Positions 9,090-18,277 of a stretch of 64,000 nucleotides of DNA are shown here, in pieces. The stretch is from Chloroflexota bacterium (GTDB taxonomy: Bacteria; Chloroflexota; UBA11872; VXOZ01): the NCBI GenBank assembly GCA_012270555.1, contig JAAXIC010000048.1, forward strand, positions 52,686 to 116,685, written 5' to 3'. The notes beneath the pieces are model-generated. The model had not been told where the DNA came from, ran no database searches, and worked only from the letters and a program-made list of their open reading frames with translations. The position numbers and the translations under genes were made by a program. Within the stretch, counting starts at the first letter, position 1. Every line of letters begins with the position of its first letter.

Positions 9090-9455
9090 ATGCCGCGACT
9101 GCTAAACTTCTTCATCGATCCTCGAGTAATTCTGCGGCGCGATGAGGCCCTCAGCGGCGATTCCAGTAGCGCAGGTTTGCAACCTGCGCCCGATAGGGAA
9201 ATGGAAGTCCATGTCGCCGGGCTTGCCTGCACCAGCATATGAGCGCGACGCACGCAGGAGGGCCTTGCGTCACTCCCCGGCGTCCGGGACATCAGCTTCA
9301 ACCCCGATGACGACACGTTCACCGTGCACTATCTTGGAGATGGGCTAGCCCACGGTGACGTTCACAGAGTGGTGCGTGCCAAAGTGGTAGCCAAACCGGT
9401 GCGCAAGCTGCTCGATTGGATCAGCCGCCCGTTTCGGCGCGCCGCGAATGCTTGA
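9090..9455 (+). CDS. HMA-like (heavy-metal-associated) small protein with in-frame UGA; candidate selenoprotein (C-x3-U)
   Basis: MPRLLNFFIDPRVILRRDEALSGDSSSAGLQPAPDREMEVHVAGLACTSI-[UGA 9240-9242]-ARRTQEGLASLPGVRDISFNPDDDTFTVHYLGDGLAHGDVHRVVRAKVVAKPVRKLLDWISRPFRRAANA*. The HMA pattern (V-x-G-L-x-C ... L-x-x-LPGV ... VHY) continues across the UGA. GGAG RBS before ATG 9090; alternative ATG at 9201. Confidence 0.75.
9243..9272 (+). promoter_or_regulatory. Putative bacterial SECIS element
   Basis: Hairpin ACGCA-GG-[AGGG]-CC-(U bulge)-UGCGU at 9252-9270. It starts 9 nt after the UGA, and the loop G lies 18 nt from the UGA. Confidence 0.6.
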
Positions 9456-9540
9456 TTGCAATCTTTGCACGTTCTTCCAACCACTCTACTCACCGGAGAT
9501 TAGAGAATCGGAAGAACCAGCGCAGGTGAGACTGTATCTC

Positions 9541-9602
9541 TCTCGTTCACACTTCGACAGGCCTGTACTGAGCTTATCGAAGTGCTCAGTGCGAACGGGA
9601 GA
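9541..9602. repeat. REP family B, nested double copy
   Basis: CGTTCACACTTCGACAGGCCTGTACTGAGCTTATCGAAGTGCTCAGTGCGAACGG, near-identical in layout to 27852-27906. Confidence 0.8.
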
Positions 9603-9803
9603 GTTTGCCGCAGGTTGCTCGTTCACGACCGCGCACGTATTTCCAACGGCCCCCAATGAGCGTAGTAGGGTTCTGGATCATTCCCGCTTGTGCATCTGCA
9701 CAATTGTGGCTACAGTGAGACTGCTAGTGCTGTGGACTCACGCACTGCCGGAGCCATGTCAACCAAGGTTTCTCGTTTCCCATCGTGAAGAGGACGCAGA
9801 CAC

Positions 9804-10859
9804 GTGCCCGCAACCTCATCCGACCCAGCACTCAACGCCACGCAGAGACTTCCAAGTCCGCCCATTCTCACCACCGTGGTGGGTAGCTACCCGGCGCCGG
9901 CATGGCTGCTCGCCCTGCCTAGCAAGCCGGCGTTGCGTGACGCCATGCTCGCCGTCTTCAAGACGCAGGAACTTGCCGGCATCGACGTGGTCACGGACGG
10001 CGAGCTTTCCCGCTTTGACGTCAGCCACCCCGAGACCCAAGGCATGATCGAGTATTTCATTTCCCCCTTAGCAGGGGTGGACACGGCGTTCAGTCGCTCT
10101 GAAGTAGACGCTTTCCGCCGACAAGCCGGTATGCAGTTCCGCAAGAAACCCGCGGGAGTCGTGAGGGCAGCTATAGGCGAGGGCACGCTCGACCTCCCAA
10201 CCGCCGCGGCCGGCGGCACTCTCACCGCGAAACCGTATAAATTCACGTTGACGAGTCCCTACATGCTGGCAAAGTCACTCCTCGACCTGCATTATCGTGA
10301 TGTCCGCCAACTGGCCTTCGCCATTGCCGACGTCTTTCAGGCACAGGCGGCCGATCTCAAGGCCGATGTATTGCAGATTGACGAGGCCAATCTCGTCGGC
10401 TCTCCGCAGGATGGCGAGTGGGCGGCTGATGTTCTCAACCACGTATTTGTGGGGTTCAAAGGAAAGAAAGGGGTGCATCTCTGCTTTGGCAATTACGGCG
10501 GCCAGACAATCCAGCAGGGACTCTTCAAAGACCTGCTGCCCTTCTTCAACCGGCTGGAATGCGACCATCTCATCCTGGAAATGGCTCGTCCCGGCGATGC
10601 CGAATTGCCGGTATTCAAGGACCTGCGAACCGAAATCGCCCTGGGCATCGGCGTCATTGACATCAAGGACAATGTCGTGGAATCACCCGACCTCATCGCC
10701 CGTCGCATCGAGCGCGCCGTGAATGTGCTGGGCGCAGACCGCATCAAGTGGGTGCATCCCGACTGCGGCTTTTGGATGCTCTCACGCATCGTGGCCGACC
10801 AAAAGATGACTGCACTGGCTAAGGGACGCGATCTCTATCTCGGACAGAAAAGCACATAA
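9804..10859 (+). CDS. Cobalamin-independent methionine synthase, single-domain (MetE C-terminal/core) type
   Basis: TTVVGSYP, VTDGELSR, QIDEAN, HLCFGN (Zn His/Cys), EMA and WVHPDCG (Zn Cys). Confidence 0.88.
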   Translation: MPATSSDPALNATQRLPSPPILTTVVGSYPAPAWLLALPSKPALRDAMLAVFKTQELAGIDVVTDGELSRFDVSHPETQGMIEYFISPLAGVDTAFSRSEVDAFRRQAGMQFRKKPAGVVRAAIGEGTLDLPTAAAGGTLTAKPYKFTLTSPYMLAKSLLDLHYRDVRQLAFAIADVFQAQAADLKADVLQIDEANLVGSPQDGEWAADVLNHVFVGFKGKKGVHLCFGNYGGQTIQQGLFKDLLPFFNRLECDHLILEMARPGDAELPVFKDLRTEIALGIGVIDIKDNVVESPDLIARRIERAVNVLGADRIKWVHPDCGFWMLSRIVADQKMTALAKGRDLYLGQKST

Positions 10860-10870
10860 GGAGCGAGTAA

Positions 10871-11929
10871 ATGGGCGAGCAAGCACGCGTGGCCGTTATC
10901 ACCGCCCCCTCGGGCACCATGCACGTGGCCGGTTTCTTGGAAATCCTGGCGGCACTGCCCGAGGTTGCACAAGTGGCGCTGGTGACGGACGGCGCGGATG
11001 ACATAGAGTCCCATGCCCGCGATCAGCTTGGCGCGCGACTGGTTGGCACACATCCCAATGCGGAGGCACTTTTTGGTTCGTTCGAGGCTGACCTCAGCAT
11101 TGTCAGCCTGGAGCCGCGCACCGCGCCGCCGGTCATCGCCGCCTGTTTACGCGCAGGCAGCCACGTGCTCGCCGAGAAACCCGCCTGCCTGCAGTGGGAA
11201 GAGTTCGCCGAGCTTGCGTCACTTGCGGATAAACAACAGCGCAACTTCGGCCTGGCCTTTGCGGCGCGGGGCTTTCCCTTCTTGCAAGACGCGAGAAGTC
11301 TGGTCGACAGCGGCAAGCTCGGCAAGCTCTACGGAGTGGACACCTATTTCATCGCCGACCAAACGCGCGTACAGCAAGCCGAGTGGCAGGCATCCTGGTT
11401 TTCTCAAAAAGCCTTTGCCGGTGGCGGACATCTCATGTGGCTGGGTATTCATTATGTCGATCTCTTACATCATCTCACCGGGCAGCGCATTGTTGAAGTC
11501 GGCGGCTTGACGGCAGTGGTTGGCGGCGCGCCCATCGATACGGAAGACGCTGCGGTTGCTGTGCTACGTTTCGCAGACGGCATGATTGGCACGCTAACCT
11601 CCGCCTACTATCTAGACCGCAACAAGCAATCGCACCTCCATCTCTGGGGGTCGCAGGGCTGGCTGCGGGGACGGCCCAACGATTGGGAAAGCTTGGAGTG
11701 GTACAGTACGCATCCTGCGGAGCAATCCGCGCCTTACCGTACTATTCACTACGACACGCCTAAGTCCGAAGTGAAGCCGACCTACTACGGCCTCGTGCGC
11801 GCAGCCGTGCATGGTGCAATGGGCATTGCACCGCATCCCGTTGCAACGGCCGAGGCCCTGCATGTGCTCAAGGTCGTCCATGCCATTTACCGCGCGGCGG
11901 AGACCGGCCAGACCCAGCGGGTCGAGTGA
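10871..11929 (+). CDS. Gfo/Idh/MocA oxidoreductase
   Basis: HVLAEKP, GGGHLMWLGIHYVD and EDAAVAVLRF. Confidence 0.88.
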   Translation: MGEQARVAVITAPSGTMHVAGFLEILAALPEVAQVALVTDGADDIESHARDQLGARLVGTHPNAEALFGSFEADLSIVSLEPRTAPPVIAACLRAGSHVLAEKPACLQWEEFAELASLADKQQRNFGLAFAARGFPFLQDARSLVDSGKLGKLYGVDTYFIADQTRVQQAEWQASWFSQKAFAGGGHLMWLGIHYVDLLHHLTGQRIVEVGGLTAVVGGAPIDTEDAAVAVLRFADGMIGTLTSAYYLDRNKQSHLHLWGSQGWLRGRPNDWESLEWYSTHPAEQSAPYRTIHYDTPKSEVKPTYYGLVRAAVHGAMGIAPHPVATAEALHVLKVVHAIYRAAETGQTQRVE

Positions 11930-12138
11930 CAGGTCACGGAGATGGGAGAGTTTATTCCCGCAAGAGACCTATCCACGACCATCACTGAAGCCATAAATTT
12001 CCGTTTCCAAGTGGAGGGGATAGAACCTGCCCAGTCCTCGTTTTGGAGTGAGGATGAATCTCCGCAACCTGACACACACTACCGATTTGGCACTAGAGCA
12101 CATAGGCCCTACCGGGAGTGGGGGCCACGTGGCAAGAA

Positions 12139-12172
12139 CCCCTCACCCCAGCCCTCTCCCCGAGGAGAGGGA
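12139..12172. repeat. REP family D (CCCTCACCCCAGCCCTCTCCC-n-GGAGAGGG)
   Basis: Palindromic core. Related copies at about 31803-31830 and 33097-33132. Confidence 0.7.
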
Positions 12173-12258
12173 GTAATCATTGCGCCTACGGTTGAAGTTG
12201 TGCAAAGCATGTGCTTGAACTGATGCGAAGGTTTCTATAGGAAGAGAGGGAGTTGGTA

Positions 12259-13362
12259 ATGAAACGCTATCGGGCGGCACTGATCGGCTGCGGCGGCATG
12301 AGCACGGCGCACCTGCGGGCTCAACACGAGGTCGCAGAAATTGACGTTGTGGCCGTGTGCGACATTGTGGAAGAGAAGCTGCACGCGGTGGGCGATGCGT
12401 TCAACGTCGAGAAGCGCTACACCGACTACCACGCCATGTTCACCGCGGAGAAGCCGGACATCGTCGCTATTGCCACGCAAGGGCCGCAGCACTGCGCCGC
12501 TACGGTAGCGGCGGCTGAGCACGGCGCGCACGTGCTCTGCGAGAAGCCCATGGCGCTCGACCTCGCCGAGACCGACCGCATGATCGATGCCTGCGACAAG
12601 GCTGGCGTCAAGCTCGCCATCAACCACCAAGCCACCGTGCGCCCTTCACTGAAGCGTATGCGGGACATGATCGAGAACGGCGACATTGGCGACGTCATCT
12701 TGGTGCGCGGCAACAACAAGAGCGGGCGCAAGGCCGGCAACGAGTTGATGGAGATGGGCACCCACGTCTTCGACCGCATGCAATACATCGGCGGCGCGCC
12801 GCAGTGGTGCTTTGCTCACCTCACCTGGCAGGGAGAGGCCGCTACCATCAATGACGCCATGGATTCTCAAGAAATGAGCCCCAGAGACCGCGCCTCCGGC
12901 CCGGTGCTCGGCGAGCGGGCGTATGCTCTCTTTGGCATGGAGCGCGCGCCGGTGGGTGAGTGCCAGTTTCTGGGCTATGCGAAGACGAACAATCGGCTCT
13001 ACAGCGTGGACGTGCTCGGCACCAAAGGACAGCTCTCATTGCGCGGCACCGGCATCCAGCGGGGCAAAAGCGACCTCTTTCACCTGCCTGTACCGGCATT
13101 CTACCCTGCCGATTTGCAGGAGGAACCGCTCTGGCAGCGCATTGAGATGCCGGAGGAACTCGACCCCCGCCTCGGCAATGAGAGCATCACGCCCATCCTG
13201 CAAGAGTTGATTAGGTCCATCGAGACTGGCAGCGAGCACCCCTGCAGCGGCGAAGCGGGCCGCCTGAACCTGGAGATGGTCATGGCGATCTACACCTCGC
13301 ACCTGAAAGGGCAGCGCGTCAGCATTCCGCTCGCCGAGCGGGCGCACCCGCTGTCTCGGTAG
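12259..13362 (+). CDS. Gfo/Idh/MocA oxidoreductase
   Basis: RAALIGCGGM, HVLCEKPMA and EMGTHVFD. Confidence 0.9.
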   Translation: MKRYRAALIGCGGMSTAHLRAQHEVAEIDVVAVCDIVEEKLHAVGDAFNVEKRYTDYHAMFTAEKPDIVAIATQGPQHCAATVAAAEHGAHVLCEKPMALDLAETDRMIDACDKAGVKLAINHQATVRPSLKRMRDMIENGDIGDVILVRGNNKSGRKAGNELMEMGTHVFDRMQYIGGAPQWCFAHLTWQGEAATINDAMDSQEMSPRDRASGPVLGERAYALFGMERAPVGECQFLGYAKTNNRLYSVDVLGTKGQLSLRGTGIQRGKSDLFHLPVPAFYPADLQEEPLWQRIEMPEELDPRLGNESITPILQELIRSIETGSEHPCSGEAGRLNLEMVMAIYTSHLKGQRVSIPLAERAHPLSR

Positions 13363-13381
13363 CGTTCCGCAGAAGAACTAT

Positions 13382-13417
13382 ATAGCCCCGGGTAGGCATG
13401 GTGCCTCCCGGGGGCTA
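13382..13417. terminator. Long hairpin between convergent genes (bidirectional terminator or REP)
   Basis: ATAGCCCCGGG-(T)-AGGCA-TGG-TGCCT-CCCGGGGCTAT. Confidence 0.6.
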
Positions 13418-13545
13418 TGGCTTGCGTGGCCGGTGCTAACACTGCTTGGCAGTATGCCGCGCTTGTAGACGTTTCCGCCAGTAGTATTGAAAGTCTCGCG
13501 CTTAATACAAGGCGCGAAAGCCAATCTTGTACCGTCTAAAAAACC

Positions 13546-14373
13546 TTAGGGCCAGTAGATCCGCACAGCAGCGCTCTCAACGCTCGTGCCGTTTGGCGTG
13601 AGCGCTATTATCGTGATAAATAGGGAACTGCTACCTTCCAAAATGTCGCTTCTGCGCAGGGCGAATGTGCCGCCGGCATTCGCAACACCGGAAGTTACTT
13701 GATTGCTCCCCAGGATCTTTCCATCCGCGCGAACCACATTGAAACTTGCCGCATTGGTAACCGAGACACTCAAATAGACGGGGTCCTGTGCGGCCCGATA
13801 CACGTATTGGCTATCCTCCGTTGCAGAATTCTGGGCGATTATGAAGGTAAAGGCCACTTCGCCGGTCTCAGCAGGCGCGCCGGGTGTGGCCGTTGGGAAG
13901 AAGCCTGGTTGCGGGGTCGCGGTAGGCCCGGGCGTCGCCGCAGATTCGCGCGGTTCCGGCTGTTTCGGTACGCGCAGCGACTGGCCTTCAAATATCTTAT
14001 TCGGATCAGAGAGGCAGTTCGCCGCCTGGAGAGTAGCCTGCGTAGAATCACTGCGCAGGGCGATGCTATAGAGCGTGTCTCCCGCTTGCACGGTGTACTC
14101 CGGCCAATCGGTGCGCGGCGTGCATGAGGGCGGGGCGGTCGCGGCCTGCGGCGCCCGCGTCGGCAGCGGTACCAGCGTCGGTACCGGCGAAGTAGCCGGC
14201 GTAACCGCAGTCTCTTGCGTTGGACGGATTACGGTTGGAATCACTTCGGGAGTCGGTGTCTCTTCATCAGGGCCGTTTCCCACAAAAGGGACGCAGGCAC
14301 TCGCAGTGACCGCAAGTCCCAGCAGCAGAAGCACAACCCGAAGGCTCGTAAGGCTTGATTTCACTGGCGACAC
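13546..14373 (-). CDS. LysM peptidoglycan-binding lipoprotein with a Pro/Thr-rich linker
   Basis: Signal ending TASAC (lipobox), PT-rich tract and LysM motif YTVQAGDTLYSIA...N...IFEGQSLRVP. Confidence 0.88.
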   Translation of the reverse strand: MSPVKSSLTSLRVVLLLLGLAVTASACVPFVGNGPDEETPTPEVIPTVIRPTQETAVTPATSPVPTLVPLPTRAPQAATAPPSCTPRTDWPEYTVQAGDTLYSIALRSDSTQATLQAANCLSDPNKIFEGQSLRVPKQPEPRESAATPGPTATPQPGFFPTATPGAPAETGEVAFTFIIAQNSATEDSQYVYRAAQDPVYLSVSVTNAASFNVVRADGKILGSNQVTSGVANAGGTFALRRSDILEGSSSLFITIIALTPNGTSVESAAVRIYWP

Positions 14374-14615
14374 TCCTCCTCTAGCACACTACCTTCGCCA
14401 CGGCCCGAGAGGTGCACAGACAATACGTCTCTCCGGTCTGACTTGATGGAATTGATCTACAAACCTAAGCTGCGCTGAGATCAGGGCAAGCGGGGGTAAA
14501 TACAGCACAACCAAAGGAACGCTCTGTGGGACTGAAGGTTCAGAGAGCTACCTACTATGATGCCTGGAATGGTCGCACATTTCAAGCGATTAGCGGTATC
14601 CGGCCTGAATCTGCA

Positions 14616-15569
14616 CTAAAGCAGGGATTGCGCCTTTGCCGCAATGTGCCGGGCGGTCAAGCCATACTTCTCAAGGAGCGCGGCCGGATCCCCCGATTCA
14701 GCGTACGTATTCTCAACGCCTACGAATGCCATCGCGCACGGCGCGTGCTCCGCCGCCGCCATTGCCACCACGCTGCCTAGCCCGCACTGCACGAGGTGCT
14801 CTTCGGCAACCACGATCTTGCCGGTCTCGCGCGCTGCTCTCGTGACCGCCTCTACGTCCAGCGGCCGCACCGTATGCATGTCCAGCACACGCGCCTCTAC
14901 TCCATCTGCGGCCAAGGTGTGCGCCGCTTCTAACGCCGCAGAGACCATGATGCCGTTGGCAATAAGCGTTATATCGTTGCCGCTGCGCAGTTCGTTCGCT
15001 TTGCCTAACGTGAAGTCAGGATCGTCTCCGTAAACTACCGGCACGTCCGGTCGGCCCACGCGCATATAGGCCGGGCCAACGGACTCCAGCATAGCCGCCA
15101 CGGCCTTGTGCGTAGAAGGCTCATCGGCGGGTACGATCACCGTAAACGTCGGCAAGCCCAGAGCCAGAGCCACATCTTCGATGGCCATCTGCGACGGACC
15201 GTCTTCACCGATACTGATACCAGCATGGCTGCCTACGACCTTGACGTTGAGGTTGGGGAAGGCAACCGACATGCGCAACTGGTCGTAGCCGTTGCACATG
15301 ATAAAGCAGGCAAAGCTGGCGATCACCGGCAGCTTGCCGCACGCCGCCAGGCCCGCGCCGATGCCCACCAAGTTCGATTCCGCAATGCCGACGTTGATAA
15401 AGCGCTCCGGAAACTCCTGAGCAAACCACTCGGTGCGGGTCGAATTATTGACGTCGCCGTCCACTACTACGATGTCCGCGTTCGTCTTGCCGGCCTCGCG
15501 CAGCGCAGCGCCAAAGGCATCGCGGGTAGCTTTTCCCATCGTGAATTCAATGTCGGGCTTTACTGCCAT
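14616..15569 (-). CDS. Transketolase, C-terminal (pyrimidine-binding) subunit
   Basis: ATRDAFG, FINVGIAESNLVG, HAGISIGEDGPSQMAIED and VVAEEH. The start at 15569 overlaps the stop of the N-terminal subunit. Confidence 0.93.
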   Translation of the reverse strand: MAVKPDIEFTMGKATRDAFGAALREAGKTNADIVVVDGDVNNSTRTEWFAQEFPERFINVGIAESNLVGIGAGLAACGKLPVIASFACFIMCNGYDQLRMSVAFPNLNVKVVGSHAGISIGEDGPSQMAIEDVALALGLPTFTVIVPADEPSTHKAVAAMLESVGPAYMRVGRPDVPVVYGDDPDFTLGKANELRSGNDITLIANGIMVSAALEAAHTLAADGVEARVLDMHTVRPLDVEAVTRAARETGKIVVAEEHLVQCGLGSVVAMAAAEHAPCAMAFVGVENTYAESGDPAALLEKYGLTARHIAAKAQSLL

Positions 15570-16402
15570 CCCAGTTCCTCCAGGGCGCGCTGCTCTTCTT
15601 CCTTGGTGAGCGCCTTGCCGTGATACGCGTAGTCTGCCTCGACGAAGGAAACACCCTTGCCCTTCACCGTGTGCGCGACTATGCACGAGGGGCGTCCCTG
15701 CGTGGCCTTGGCGCGCTGTAACGCCTCGAGCACGGCTTCCATGTCGTGTCCGTCGATCTCCTGCACGTCCCATTGAAACGCGCGCCATTTTTCCGTCAGT
15801 GGTGAGTAGTCCAGCACGTCGCGCACCCAGCCGGTCTGCTGGGCCTTGTTGTGGTCGACGATTGCCGTCACGTTGTCGAGGTCATAATGGGCAGCCGTCA
15901 TGGCGGCTTCCCAAATCTGTCCTTCGTCTTGCTCCCCGTCACCCAAGATGACGAATACATGATTGTCCGCATTGTCGATGCGGGCGGCGAACGCATGTCC
16001 CAAGCCAATGGAGAGTCCCTGTCCCAATGAGCCGGTGCTGGCTTCTACCCCAGGCAAGCGGGACATGTTGGGATGCCCCTCAAGCGGGCTGCCAATCTGC
16101 CGGAGTGTTTCGAGAAGGTCCGTTGAGAAATACCCTGCATGCGCTAAGACCACGTAGAGCAAGGGGCTGGCATGTCCTTTGCTCATAATCAAACGATCCC
16201 GCTTTGCCCAGTGCGGTTCCGCGGGATCATACCGCATTACTCCGCCAAAGTAGAGCGCCGCCATGATCTCCACACCGGAAAGCGAGCTTGACGGATGGCC
16301 CGATCCCGCAATCGTCGTGCATGTTATTATGTCACGCCGTAAGACTCTTGCCTGTTCTTTGAGTTCTGCAATTGACATCTTCATCGGTTCGCCCACAGTC
16401 AT
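15560..16402 (-). CDS. Transketolase, N-terminal (ThDP-binding) subunit
   Basis: GSGHPSSSLS, DRLIMSKGH, LEGHP, STGSLGQG, GDGEQDEGQIWEA and HGKA. Confidence 0.93.
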   Translation of the reverse strand: MTVGEPMKMSIAELKEQARVLRRDIITCTTIAGSGHPSSSLSGVEIMAALYFGGVMRYDPAEPHWAKRDRLIMSKGHASPLLYVVLAHAGYFSTDLLETLRQIGSPLEGHPNMSRLPGVEASTGSLGQGLSIGLGHAFAARIDNADNHVFVILGDGEQDEGQIWEAAMTAAHYDLDNVTAIVDHNKAQQTGWVRDVLDYSPLTEKWRAFQWDVQEIDGHDMEAVLEALQRAKATQGRPSCIVAHTVKGKGVSFVEADYAYHGKALTKEEEQRALEELGWQ

Positions 16403-16528
16403 CAGTATCCTTCTGCTGCCGTCTGTCTATCGGTTGTTCTACACCGACAAGAATTCCATCCCCAGGCTCCAGATCCACGCCTGTGTGCGGGACCCTTGCT
16501 CCGTTTGCTTTAAATCACACTCACACTA

Positions 16529-16542
16529 TTGTAACGTTTACA
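16529..16542. promoter_or_regulatory. LacI/CcpA-type operator-like near-palindrome
   Basis: The minus strand reads TGTAAACGTTACAA, upstream of the transketolase genes. Confidence 0.35.
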
Positions 16543-16877
16543 GGCCGGAGGCGCGAATGTGTCACCATGTATCCGTTTCCAGGCGCTCCTTTGCCGCCAC
16601 CCAACCTTTTGACCGTTGCTCATGCCCCATGCCGAATCTCGTAGCGTCACACTGGCAGCTTGGCAATGGAACAGAAGAGCGCTACAGGCAATTGGTGAAG
16701 AACGCTACTGAAATGCCAATGATATACTTATGCAGGAAGTTAGCGAAACTACCCGCAAGCGTCACCTTGCACGAGTAGCAAGCGAGTCTAGCAACTGCAA
16801 AAGACTCTGGATAGTTGCATCTTAGACTTCCTGCTCCTTGACCGGAACGCGCAAACGGTCACTCTAGAATTAGGGCA

Positions 16878-17759
16878 ATGGCTGAATTACCCTCGGAAGA
16901 TAGTCAAGCCAAGTCTCGATCCTTCCCCACCGTGTGGCAAGCGCTGCTCTTGCTCGGCCTGCTCTTCATTCTGCAATTGGGCGCAACCGTAGTCGTTACC
17001 TTCTATCAAGCTCTTCAGGAAATGCCTATTCAAGAGTTGACCACAACGCTTGCCGTCGTGAACGTAGCCACGTTTGGCGCGGTTGCGATACTGGGCGCAG
17101 CCTGGTCTCGCGTTTCCGTGCGCCAACTCTTCTACCTGCGGGGATTTTCACCCCTGCTCCTACTGCCGATGCTTGTGATGATGCTCGGACTCATCGTCAT
17201 CGTATCGGAGCTTGACAACGTCCTCCAACGCTTCCTCCCCATGCCGGACTGGTTCAGGGAAATGCTGTCGGGGCTCGGTCTGGGCGAAGGCTTTGTTTTA
17301 AGCACCTTCATTGTGCTTGTCATTGTCGCTCCTCTCACCGAAGAACCGCTCTTCCGCGGCATCCTGCTCCACGGCTTCACACGCAACTACGGTACGTGGT
17401 GGGCCGTCCTGGGCACGGCGTTCTTGTTTGGCGCAATTCATCTGAATCCCTGGCAATTCGTGGGCGCCTTCTTCCTTGGCATCGTCTTCGCTTGGTGGAC
17501 GCTGAAAACAAGGTCAATACTGCCGGCGACTCTCGGCCACGCACTGAATAACGGCATGGTTCTCATGACGGCTAACGTATCGAGCATAGAAATCCAGGGC
17601 TTCAATGCCTGGGAAGAAGGGGTGCCGGTACACCAGCCGTGGTGGTTTACGCTCACAGGAGTCGTGCTGATGGTAGTCGGTGGCGCAGTCTTGCACCGGA
17701 TGTGGTCGCGCCAAGAAGAACCGCTTACCAACGCGCCTCCGCAGAGCGAGCCAGCGTGA
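16878..17759 (+). CDS. CPBP (CAAX/Abi) family intramembrane metalloprotease
   Basis: APLTEEPLFRG, FGAIHLN and GHALNN motifs; multiple TM segments. Confidence 0.92.
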   Translation: MAELPSEDSQAKSRSFPTVWQALLLLGLLFILQLGATVVVTFYQALQEMPIQELTTTLAVVNVATFGAVAILGAAWSRVSVRQLFYLRGFSPLLLLPMLVMMLGLIVIVSELDNVLQRFLPMPDWFREMLSGLGLGEGFVLSTFIVLVIVAPLTEEPLFRGILLHGFTRNYGTWWAVLGTAFLFGAIHLNPWQFVGAFFLGIVFAWWTLKTRSILPATLGHALNNGMVLMTANVSSIEIQGFNAWEEGVPVHQPWWFTLTGVVLMVVGGAVLHRMWSRQEEPLTNAPPQSEPA

Positions 17760-17886
17760 CCCGCCCACGTGCCCTCATTTGTCTGAGGGCGCATCGCCTT
17801 GTGACTTACAGGCTCTTCTAAAATGCTCCAATGCTGCCGCCAAGTGTACGGCACGTCTCCAGTTCCTACGGCTTAGCGTAAAACCA

Positions 17887-18252
17887 CTAGCGCGAACGCA
17901 AGAACCACATGGCGTTGATGAGAAAGATCATCGCGAGCACGGCGTAGAAGCCTCCCGCTCCGGCCACACCGGCCCCAATAGCAAGCAGAGGGATGCCGAG
18001 ACCCATCGTCGGCATCGCCACGGCGAGAAAAGTCTTCGCATCTGACTTCGATTGCTTGCGAGACTTCCCCAGTGCGGCCTGCACCCGCTTATCGATGAGC
18101 GAGTCGATACGCTCAGCCAGCGCTTCGACGACTTCATCGTCGTATTGTTCGCCCAATTCCCGCCGCGCGCTCACCGCCAGCCCAAGCTCATCCTTCAGGC
18201 CGTCAGCGTTTGTGGAGTTTGTGGAATTCTTAGGACGTGTCTTCTTTGCCAT
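17887..18252 (-). CDS. Small hypothetical membrane protein (paralog 1)
   Basis: ARRELGEQYDDEVVEALAERID followed by two C-terminal TM helices. Clear paralog of the adjacent gene. Confidence 0.7.
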   Translation of the reverse strand: MAKKTRPKNSTNSTNADGLKDELGLAVSARRELGEQYDDEVVEALAERIDSLIDKRVQAALGKSRKQSKSDAKTFLAVAMPTMGLGIPLLAIGAGVAGAGGFYAVLAMIFLINAMWFLRSR

Positions 18253-18277
18253 CTATGTGTCCTCTTGAGATGTATAG

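Noticed and set aside
8378-9322. 314-aa minus-strand ORF
   Set aside because: Shadow of the hydrolase and HMA-like genes; contains REP-derived peptides.
9456-9803. SAM or cobalamin riboswitch upstream of the MetE-like gene
   Set aside because: I could not find SAM-I or B12-box core motifs; the visible structure is a family-B REP. An Rfam/Infernal scan would settle it.
11942-12223. 93-aa intergenic ORF
   Set aside because: Its C-terminal half is translated family-D repeat (NPSPQPSPRGEG) and it has no recognisable domain; at most a remnant.
16403-16500. SRP RNA or another ncRNA upstream of transketolase
   Set aside because: The SRP core (TCAGGTCCGGAAGGAAGCAGC) is absent; only a small hairpin is visible.
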